From the NCBI GenBank assembly GCA_005223095.1, contig NJBQ01000002.1:1462-65461 (forward strand): DNA of 64,000 nucleotides, written 5' to 3'. Origin of the DNA: Candidatus Aerophobetes bacterium Ae_b3a. GTDB taxonomy: Bacteria; Aerophobota; Aerophobia; Aerophobales; AE-B3A. Position numbers and translations under genes: made by a program. Under the pieces are notes generated by a model, which was given only the letters and a program-made list of their open reading frames with translations, searched no databases and was not told the origin of the DNA. Positions 7,630-14,739 of the stretch are shown one piece after another (the first letter of the stretch is position 1; each line of letters starts with the position of its first letter).

Positions 7630-7678
7630 ACCAATGTTCTGGCTTAACATTTTCCTGTCATTGCGACCTCGAATCGAC

Positions 7679-7963
7679 CTAAACAAGTTCAACTTTCAAC
7701 CGTTTACCCAGTACATGCGCAACCTTATTCAATGTTTTTAAAGAACAACTTCTATTGTCAATATCTTCCAATCGAGATATGTTCTGTTGAGTAGTCTGTA
7801 ATCTTTTAGCTAATTCCTGTTGAGTTAAGTTTTTCTTTTGCCTGATTTTAGCTATCTGGATAGCCAAAGAGGCATAAACTTCTTCTTCATCGAACGCTTT
7901 GGGAAATTCCGGATCTCTTAAATCCTTTTTCAATCTGTCTTTAAATCGTCTTACGCCTTTCAT
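7679..7963 (-). CDS. XRE-family HTH antitoxin (HigA-like partner of RelE/Gp49-like toxin)
   Basis: 94 aa. HTH_3 signature NLTQQELAKRLQTTQQNISRLEDIDNRSCSLKTLNKVAHVLG. The start overlaps the upstream toxin stop (ATGA). Confidence 0.8.
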   Translation of the reverse strand: MKGVRRFKDRLKKDLRDPEFPKAFDEEEVYASLAIQIAKIRQKKNLTQQELAKRLQTTQQNISRLEDIDNRSCSLKTLNKVAHVLGKRLKVELV

Positions 7964-8316
7964 AATTCAATCTCACCCCTTTCATATCTCAGCAAGAAGT
8001 CTCGCATAATTCGCTCTGCTCTTTCAATCTCTCCTACAGGAATTATATTACTTTTCTTTGGAAAACCATGGGTAATAATCTTCTCACCAAAGAAAAAATA
8101 CAAAAATCGATAACGATTTGAACTAAAGCTAATTCTAAGCTCCCGAATTCTACCTCTTAGAACATCCGCAAATGGTCTTGCTAAGTTCGGCCCCTCCTCT
8201 TACAGTTTTTCCATCCATTTTTCAACTTTTGCCCTTATTCTCAATTCTAGCTCGTTTAAGAACTCCTCCGTAGGACATCTTTCTCGTTTATCTAAATAGA
8301 AGATTACTTCGTACAT
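7960..8316 (-). pseudogene. RelE/ParE-superfamily (phage Gp49/DUF891-like) toxin with a single in-frame TAA
   Basis: Not in ORF track. Minus-strand translation: MYEVIFYLDKRERCPTEEFLNELELRIRAKVEKWMEKL*EEGPNLARPFADVLRGRIRELRISFSSNRYRFLYFFFGEKIITHGFPKKSNIIPVGEIERAERIMRDFLLRYERGEIEL*. The stop is TAA (rc of 8200-8202), at the position where family members usually have a sense codon before EEGP. Confidence 0.75.
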
Positions 8317-8331
8317 CCTGACTTTTGTTTG

Positions 8332-8360
8332 ACTATACACTATTTTTAGTGTTTTGTCAA
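8332..8360 (-). promoter_or_regulatory. Promoter plus palindromic operator of the RelE-like/XRE cassette
   Basis: Minus strand: TTGACA (rc 8355-8360), 17 nt, TATAGT (rc 8332-8337). Perfect palindrome ACACTA-TTTT-TAGTGT at 8337-8352 fills the spacer. Confidence 0.55.
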
Positions 8361-8564
8361 CCCTTTCTCCTCTAAGTGTTAATTAAAATTTAGAAGTGCA
8401 CTATTTCTTAGTGATTTAAAGTTCAAAAGTGCACCTTTAAATTTTAGCTAACAAGGCTGCGAATTGACAACATTTCATAATAACATAAAATAAGAAAGAC
8501 AAAAGGATAAGCACCCTTTCTGAATTAGTGAATAATCCTAGCTCATTCCGGGAGAACCAAAATG

Positions 8565-8747
8565 TTAGCCACAGAACGGCGAGTAAGAAAATGGAAGGTT
8601 GGTTATTCCTGGCGTACTGCCCGAAAACTGAGTCTAGGTTTCTAGCAGTGCCTAAGAATCCTATTGTGGATACTGCCGTTCTGTGGATAACCTTTCAGGT
8701 TACCCACATCACTTGGATGGCTCTTCGAGCTCTCCACAGTCTCCACA
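8565..8747. promoter_or_regulatory. Cluster of six DnaA-box-like 9-mers
   Basis: TTAGCCACA 8565-8573 (+); GTATCCACA rc of 8665-8673; TTATCCACA rc of 8682-8690 (perfect consensus); TTACCCACA 8700-8708 (+); CTCTCCACA 8730-8738 (+); GTCTCCACA 8739-8747 (+). Two boxes are extended into a 16-bp inverted repeat TTA(G/T)CCACAGAACGGC (8565-8580 / 8675-8690). Confidence 0.5.
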
Positions 8748-8993
8748 ATCCTGCTGCTACTATCTCTTAATCAATCAACCCTTTTAAAAGACTTTGGTTG
8801 AGTGAGGGCTCTGTACGGTTACGATTAGCTAAAACATCTAAAAGACCGCTGATAATTTCTTCTATTTCTTCACCGGTGAACTTAGAGCAGATCCAGATAA
8901 GAAAACGAGCAGTTTTTTTCACCAGGCTTGCCTCCTTTTTTTGGTCGATTCCCAAATCCTACTGTAAAAAGCAGGGGGAGGCAAGTCACTTTC

Positions 8994-9060
8994 ACCAAAA
9001 TACTTGATAATAAAGGCTTTAGAACAAAGTTACTCAAAAACTCTTGACATTGCTATAAAT
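8994..9060 (+). promoter_or_regulatory. Conserved 5' regulatory block, copy A (upstream of permease operon)
   Basis: ACCAAAATACTTGATAATAAAGGCTTTAGAACAAAGTTACTCAAAAACTCTTGACATTGCTATAAAT. About 88% identical by eye to the reverse complement of 26544-26611. Same orientation and similar distance relative to the first downstream start codon. Confidence 0.6.
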
Positions 9061-9077
9061 AAGAACAGGAGAAAGAG

Positions 9078-10076
9078 ATGCTATCTTACATTATCCGTCG
9101 ATTTTTCTTTATGATTATTATTCTGCTGGCCGTATCCGTTGTTGCCTTCGTTCTTATTCAACTTCCCCCGGGTGACTATTTAACGTCTCTTATAGGGAAC
9201 CTAAGGAGAGCCGGTATGCATGTTAGCGAAGAGCAGATCCGCTCACTGGAAGAGCGATACAGCCTAGACCTACCAGTATATGCTCAATACTTTAAGTGGA
9301 TGTGGAACATGTTCCACGGGGATTTTGGCAAATCTTTTCAATGGAATATGCCGGTAAGCGAGTTAATAGGTGAGCGCCTTATGCTCACAGTAACTATATC
9401 TATTTTAACTTTGCTTTTCACTTATGTTGTAGCTATACCTATTGGGATTTACTCAGCCACCCATCAGTATTCTATTGGTGACTATAGTTTTACTATATTT
9501 GGTTTTGCCGGTCTGGCTACTCCAAACTTCCTTCTTGCCTTAATCTTAATGTTTGTTTTTTACAAATATTTTGGTCTGAGTGCCGGGGGTCTTTTCTCTA
9601 TCGAGTATGCGTTAGCTCCTTGGAGTGTGGGTAAAGTCATAGATATGCTAAAGCATCTTCCCATTCCCATAATAGTTATTGGAACAGCCGGTACTGCTGA
9701 ACTTATTCGTATTATGCGAGGCTGCCTGTTGGATGAACTTCGTAAACAATATGTTATTACTGCCCGAGCCAAGGGAGTTTCCGAAAGGACTCTCTTATTC
9801 AAATATCCGGTAAGAATAGCGATCAATCCCATCGTCAGCACCATAGGATGGACTCTTCCGCGTATTATCTCTGGAGAAACCATCACCGCCATTGTCTTGA
9901 GCCTGCCCACTACTGGGCCACTCCTTTTTCGGGCCTTGTTAAGTCAGGATATGTATTTGGCCGGGAGCACCATTATGTTTTTAACTTTTTTAACCGTAAT
10001 AGGGACTCTCATTTCCGACATTTTGCTGGTTTGGATAGATCCCCGTATTAGATATGAGAGAGCAGTGGCACAATAA
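9078..10076 (+). CDS. ABC transporter permease, peptide/nickel (DppB/OppB) type
   Basis: 332 aa, 6 TM. EAA-loop region ITARAKGVSERTLLFKYPVRIAINP. AGGAGA RBS. Confidence 0.9.
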   Translation: MLSYIIRRFFFMIIILLAVSVVAFVLIQLPPGDYLTSLIGNLRRAGMHVSEEQIRSLEERYSLDLPVYAQYFKWMWNMFHGDFGKSFQWNMPVSELIGERLMLTVTISILTLLFTYVVAIPIGIYSATHQYSIGDYSFTIFGFAGLATPNFLLALILMFVFYKYFGLSAGGLFSIEYALAPWSVGKVIDMLKHLPIPIIVIGTAGTAELIRIMRGCLLDELRKQYVITARAKGVSERTLLFKYPVRIAINPIVSTIGWTLPRIISGETITAIVLSLPTTGPLLFRALLSQDMYLAGSTIMFLTFLTVIGTLISDILLVWIDPRIRYERAVAQ

Positions 10077-11185
10077 TGAAAAAGAACAGGAAAGAGTTTA
10101 GTGCCGAAGAAAGATACTATATAGCTTCTCAATGGCAGCTTATATGGCGAAAATTTAAGAAGCATAAATTAGCTCTCTTCGGAGGCAGCATATTGATTAT
10201 TCTTTATGTTACGGCCGTATTTTGCGAATTCTTTTCTCCTTATGATATTTACCAGCGTTATCCAAAATATATGTTTTGCCCGCCTCAGAAGATTCACTTC
10301 TTTGATGAGGAAGGATTTCACCTTAGGCCTTTTGTGTATGGACTGACCGTCCGCACCGACCCTGAAACTTTGCGCAAAAACTATACCGAAGATAAAACTA
10401 AAAAATACACCATAGACTTTTTTGTCCGTGGGGATAAATACAAACTCTGGAATTTATTCCCCAGTAATGTTCATTTTTTTGGAGTAAAGGACAGTGTGTT
10501 CTTTTTATTCGGAACCGACAATTTAGGGAGAGATTTGTTTTCTCGTAACCTTTTTGCCTCTCGCATTTCTCTCTCAATAGGCCTGGTGGGAGTAGCCATT
10601 AGTTTTGTTTTGGGATGTCTCTTGGGAGGAATCTCTGGATATTACGGAGGAACCTCTGATATAATTATTCAGAGAATTATAGAGTTTTCAATATCCATAC
10701 CTACCATTCCTTTATGGATGGCCTTAAGTGCAGCTGTACCACCAGATTGGTCGCCAATTAAGGTTTACTTTAGCATTACGATTATTCTCTCCATCATAGG
10801 CTGGTGTAGCCTAGCTCGGGTAGTGAGAGGAAAACTTTTAGCGCTGAGAGAAGAAGATTTTGTTATGGCAGCCAGAATTAGTGGAAGCAACGAGCTACGT
10901 ATCATCTCCAGGCACCTGCTTCCTTCTTTTTTAAGTTATCTTATAGTGGGTCTCACCTTGCGCATACCCTGGATGATTCTAGGCGAAACTGCCCTCAGTT
11001 TTCTTGGTCTGGGTATTCGTGCCCCCGCAGTAAGCTGGGGCACGCTCCTAAGGAGTGGCCAAAACATAAGAACCGTTGCTCAATCTCCCTGGCTTCTAAT
11101 CCCCGGCCTTTCTGTTATTGTTACTGTATTAGCTTTCAACTTTTTGGGGGATGGCCTGCGTGATGCGGCTGATCCATATAAATAA
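10076..11185 (+). CDS. ABC transporter permease, peptide/nickel (DppC/OppC) type
   Basis: 369 aa. OppC-type N-terminal extension. AARISGSNELRIISRHLLPSFLSYLIV. Start overlaps the upstream stop. Confidence 0.9.
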   Translation: MKKNRKEFSAEERYYIASQWQLIWRKFKKHKLALFGGSILIILYVTAVFCEFFSPYDIYQRYPKYMFCPPQKIHFFDEEGFHLRPFVYGLTVRTDPETLRKNYTEDKTKKYTIDFFVRGDKYKLWNLFPSNVHFFGVKDSVFFLFGTDNLGRDLFSRNLFASRISLSIGLVGVAISFVLGCLLGGISGYYGGTSDIIIQRIIEFSISIPTIPLWMALSAAVPPDWSPIKVYFSITIILSIIGWCSLARVVRGKLLALREEDFVMAARISGSNELRIISRHLLPSFLSYLIVGLTLRIPWMILGETALSFLGLGIRAPAVSWGTLLRSGQNIRTVAQSPWLLIPGLSVIVTVLAFNFLGDGLRDAADPYK

Positions 11186-11366
11186 GGAAATAAATACTCT
11201 GTGAACCCCGTGTTATCCCGAGAGACAAAGTCCCGAAGCAATCTCAGATTGCGGAGTTTATCCCGAATGATCTAATTGAGATTGCTTCACTTCCTGTCTG
11301 CGTGCCAACCTGGCAGACAAGCGGACACGTACAAGGTTGGATTAAGTTGTCTGAGCTGATACGGGA

Positions 11367-11639
11367 GTGCCTAAAAAGGAATTTCATAAGTACTTGGGGG
11401 AGATGTCTCAGAACAAAAAGCTCATAGAGCTTATGAAAAATTTAGAGGGCAATGTTCAAGCTGGCAGATGGATAAATTGTAAGAAAAAGGGAAGGAAACG
11501 AATATCTGCATGTGAACATAAGCAGATTTTGGATGCCCTGGCTAAAAGAGACAAGGAACTTGCTTGCAGATTGGTTACTGAACATATCAAAAGAGTTAAG
11601 AAGGATCTGCTGAGTCGGACAAAAAAGAATAGAAAATGA
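11367..11639 (+). pseudogene. C-terminal FCD-domain remnant of a GntR-family regulator (no wHTH)
   Basis: 90-aa ORF from GTG. EHKQILDALAKRDKELACRLVTEHIKRVKKDL is the last FCD helices (eH..I..A....D...A...m..Hi). There is a stop directly upstream and no DNA-binding domain. Confidence 0.5.
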
Positions 11640-11657
11640 GAATAGGAGGCAAAGTAG

Positions 11658-12545
11658 GTGCGTACTTTTGGAAATAGTGAAAAAAAAGAAATTCCTGTTA
11701 TTGATAGTGCATGGCGGACTATCATTGAAAACCCAAATCTTGGTAAATTTGATGGCGGCGAGCAACAGGAACCTGTAGACTTTGCCATCTGGCAAGCTGC
11801 CAATGGAATGTGGCAACTTTGGTCTTGCATTCGCAAGGCTAATTGTGGAGGGATGACCAGACTTTTTTACCGCTGGGAAAGTGCGAATCTTATGAAAGAA
11901 ATGTGGGAGTCTACAGGTATTGTAATGCAGGCAGATCCGAAGTTTGGTGAAAGAGAGGGGGGTCTTCAGGCACCATATGTGCTAAGAATCGGCAATCTCT
12001 ACTATATGTTCTATGGAGGTTGGGATGCTATCTGTCTGGCTACCAGTAAGGATGGAATTACATTTAAGCGTAGACTTAATGCCTCCGGTCAAAGCACTAT
12101 ATTTAGTAACGGAAAGGATTCCAACCCACGGGATCCTATGGTGATCCAGGTGGACCACTACTGGTATTGTTATTATACTAGTAATGAAGGCCGTGATTAT
12201 TGCCGTACTTCAGAGGATATGGCTGAATGGAGTAAATCTAGGGTTGTTGCTTTTGCTGGGCAAGCAGGAAGAGTAAAAAGCTCAGCCGAGTGCCCTTTTA
12301 TTGTAACCCGTGGCCCATATTACTATCTTTTCCGTACACAGCACTACAGGGACAATCCTCAAACCAGTGTCTATCGTTCAGAAGATCCAATGGATTTCGG
12401 TATTAATAACGATAAGTACTTCGTATGTAGTCTTCCTGTGGCTGCTCCTGAAATCGTCTTATATGAGGAACAGTATTACATCGCAGCTCTACTACCTAAT
12501 CTAAAAGGGATAAGGATTGCCGAACTTAAGTGGGTGCAAGAATAG
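11658..12545 (+). CDS. Five-bladed beta-propeller glycoside-hydrolase-like protein (GH43/GH32-clan-like)
   Basis: 295 aa, GTG start. Repeated blade motifs GGLQAPYVLRIGNLYYMFYGG, PRDPMVIQVDHYWYCYY and SAECPFIVTRGPYYYLFRT, with candidate catalytic Asp/Glu. Family not resolved by eye. Confidence 0.5.
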   Translation: MRTFGNSEKKEIPVIDSAWRTIIENPNLGKFDGGEQQEPVDFAIWQAANGMWQLWSCIRKANCGGMTRLFYRWESANLMKEMWESTGIVMQADPKFGEREGGLQAPYVLRIGNLYYMFYGGWDAICLATSKDGITFKRRLNASGQSTIFSNGKDSNPRDPMVIQVDHYWYCYYTSNEGRDYCRTSEDMAEWSKSRVVAFAGQAGRVKSSAECPFIVTRGPYYYLFRTQHYRDNPQTSVYRSEDPMDFGINNDKYFVCSLPVAAPEIVLYEEQYYIAALLPNLKGIRIAELKWVQE

Positions 12546-12674
12546 CGATTCAAAACTCATCTTGCGGTATTGTCATTTAGAGTTCTCTGTGAGTATATCT
12601 ATACTTTAAAAAGACTATAAGCTAAGAATGAGGGGGTTCAGGAACCTCCGCTTCTTACTGAAAGGTTAGGTAAT

Positions 12675-13466
12675 ATGAAAATTGGTATTCTTGACAGCGT
12701 TCTAGGGGGAAAGGAAAAGCCTATAATATGGGAAGCTCTCTACCAAATTGCAGGAGAGCTGGGTTTTCAGGGTCTAGAACTGGGTGTTAAGGCTAGCTAC
12801 GAGCAAACGCAATTATGGAAAAAGGGCGGCCGACAGCGGCTACTGAAAGTATCCCGGAAAAATGGAGTACTCACTTCTTCCATCTGTCTTCATTCTTACT
12901 GGCTCTACAGTTTCGCCAGTCCTGATAAGAAAATACGGATACGCGCTCAGACAATAGCAAAAGAGGCTGCTCTGGCAGCCGCAGAGATGCAAGCCAAGAA
13001 TATACTAGTACCGCTGACTTGTCCCGAAGGTGTTAAGGACACAGTTGCCCGCAAGCGCTGGAGAGAAGGAATAGCTTCCTGTGCTGTCGCTGCCGAGTCT
13101 CAGGGTGTCTTCTTCTGTCTGGAAAATGTTGGTCAGTCCTTTGCCAGGCAACCACAAGATATCATTGATATCGTTGATGCCATTAATTCACCTGCCGTGA
13201 AGGTATATTATGATCCTGGTAACGCCGTAATAGGTGGACTGGACCCCCTGAAAGGAATCTCTCTGCTGGGCAGACGTATTAGGCAGATTCATGTAAAGGA
13301 ACATCAAGGCACCTACCTTGGTGATGGAATTGTGCCTTGGCCCAAAATTATCGAGCATCTTCAAGAGATAGATTATGATGGCTGGTTGGTCCTTGAAACT
13401 AGTTGCACAGAGGATCCAAGGCGTGCCGCTAAAAAGAATCTTGAAAGACTGAAAAAAATCATTTAG
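12675..13466 (+). CDS. Sugar phosphate isomerase/epimerase (xylose isomerase-like TIM barrel)
   Basis: 263 aa. FQGLELGV.., CLENV, YDPGNA and HVKE are metal-ligand-type motifs of the AP endonuclease 2/TIM family. Confidence 0.8.
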   Translation: MKIGILDSVLGGKEKPIIWEALYQIAGELGFQGLELGVKASYEQTQLWKKGGRQRLLKVSRKNGVLTSSICLHSYWLYSFASPDKKIRIRAQTIAKEAALAAAEMQAKNILVPLTCPEGVKDTVARKRWREGIASCAVAAESQGVFFCLENVGQSFARQPQDIIDIVDAINSPAVKVYYDPGNAVIGGLDPLKGISLLGRRIRQIHVKEHQGTYLGDGIVPWPKIIEHLQEIDYDGWLVLETSCTEDPRRAAKKNLERLKKII

Positions 13467-13680
13467 TATGAGAAGGAGAAAGGACCCGAGGTCTTTGGTC
13501 TTATGGTAGAGAACCCCAATAAAGTCATCAGATACGGCATTTCTTTTTCCGGGTCAAGTATTGAAGAAAAGAAATAAGGCTTCACCGATTCCTTCGGGTA
13601 TTTCTTAATACGCAATCGAATATAATGAAAAATTGTACGACTGTGGGCAAGAAGATCTTATTAAGAAAAAGGGGGAAATT

Positions 13681-14727
13681 ATGAATCGTAAAATACGGAT
13701 AGGCATTATGGGAATGACCCATGGTCATTTATGGAGACATCTTGGAGATCTCAAAGAGTCGGAGGTAGGAGAGCTGGTAGCGGCAGCTGATCCCAACCCG
13801 CCTCTGATTGAAAGGATTCAGTCAGAATATAACTGTTCGCAAACCTTCGAATCTTACAGGGATATGTTGGAAAAGGTGAAACTGGATGCAGTGTATGTGT
13901 TTGCTGATAATGCCACCTCGGTTAACCTGGTTGAAATGGCTGTCAAAAAGGGTCTTCATGTCATGGTGGAGAAACCAATGGCAGCTACTCTAGCCGGTGC
14001 AGACAGAATGTTGGCTGCAGCCAGAAAGAATAATGTCCTCCTGATGATTAATTGGCCCAATATGTGGAATGCCAAATTACAACAAGCCTTCGTGTTAACG
14101 CGATCTGGAGAAATTGGTCGTATTACCGGCATAAAATATCGAGCTGCCCACGCTGGTCCCAAGGAGATTGGCTGTTCTCCTTATTTTTACAGATGGTTGT
14201 TTGACAAGAAGCTAAATGGCGGCGGTGCTTTGATCGATTACTGCTGCTATGGCGCTGCGATAGCTCGCTATTTACTAGGACAGCCTAGCCGAATAGTAGG
14301 AGTAACTGGAAGGCTTGATAAAGACTACATTACTGTAGAGGACAATGCCGTCATCATTATGCAGTGGTCCAGAGCAATTAGTATTACCGAAGCATCCTGG
14401 ACAGAGATAGGAGAATTGACCTCTTATGCCACGATTATTTACGGTACTAAGGGGACTATTGTGTCTGAGTTTGGTGAAAAGGGAGAGCTGCGGCTAGCCA
14501 CTCAGCAGCATAGAAAGGGTATCCTGATAGATGTTCCTGAGCCCAAGGAGGAACTTAAGAATGCTACTAACTACTTTTCAAACTGCATCAATAAAAATCT
14601 TTCAATTGAAGGATTATGCAGTCCTGAGGTCGGGCGGGATGCTCAGGAAATTCTTGAAGCAGGCTTGATTTCTGCGGCAAAAGAGACCGCTATTTCTTTA
14701 CCCTTACCAATTTTCCCCGGTGTGTGA
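13681..14727 (+). CDS. Gfo/Idh/MocA family oxidoreductase
   Basis: Start moved to ATG 13681 (GGGGGA RBS 5 nt upstream; MNRKIRIGIMGMTHGH Rossmann start). EKP motif (VMVEKPMA). Confidence 0.85.
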   Translation: MNRKIRIGIMGMTHGHLWRHLGDLKESEVGELVAAADPNPPLIERIQSEYNCSQTFESYRDMLEKVKLDAVYVFADNATSVNLVEMAVKKGLHVMVEKPMAATLAGADRMLAAARKNNVLLMINWPNMWNAKLQQAFVLTRSGEIGRITGIKYRAAHAGPKEIGCSPYFYRWLFDKKLNGGGALIDYCCYGAAIARYLLGQPSRIVGVTGRLDKDYITVEDNAVIIMQWSRAISITEASWTEIGELTSYATIIYGTKGTIVSEFGEKGELRLATQQHRKGILIDVPEPKEELKNATNYFSNCINKNLSIEGLCSPEVGRDAQEILEAGLISAAKETAISLPLPIFPGV

Positions 14728-14739
14728 AGGAGATTATAT

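Larger units (their letters stand above)
7100..7668 (+). repeat. Composite repeat unit, copy 3 (junction replaced by REP-containing insert, tail truncated)
   Basis: Aligns with copies 1 and 2. The segment TGTGCTTGGG.TGGTATTAC is replaced by ~165 bp (7256-7419) that contains a REP hairpin. Ends 10 bp before the stop of the XRE antitoxin gene. Confidence 0.8.

Noticed and set aside
2150-7668. The three repeat copies as template/variable repeats of a diversity-generating retroelement
   Set aside because: Substitutions between copies are mixed transitions and transversions at all four bases, not adenine-specific. There is no reverse transcriptase gene in the window.
2150-7668. The islet as an integron cassette array with the repeats as attC sites
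   Set aside because: The units are ~500 bp, not 60-140 bp. They contain coding remnants. I could not find RYYYAAC / GTTRRRY core sites; GTTGCAAC at the junction does not fit. No intI gene is present.
8200-8202. In-frame TAA in the RelE-like gene as stop-codon recoding or an alternative genetic code
   Set aside because: TAA terminates many well-supported genes in this window (for example groES, groEL, the ALDH and the small HTH ORFs), so a pseudogene or sequencing variant is the simpler reading.
8528-8955. ORFs 8528..8770 (+, 80 aa) and 8767..8955 (-, 62 aa)
   Set aside because: The first is laid over the DnaA-box cluster and has an implausible composition. The second has no RBS or recognisable motif. 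Neither is reported as a gene.
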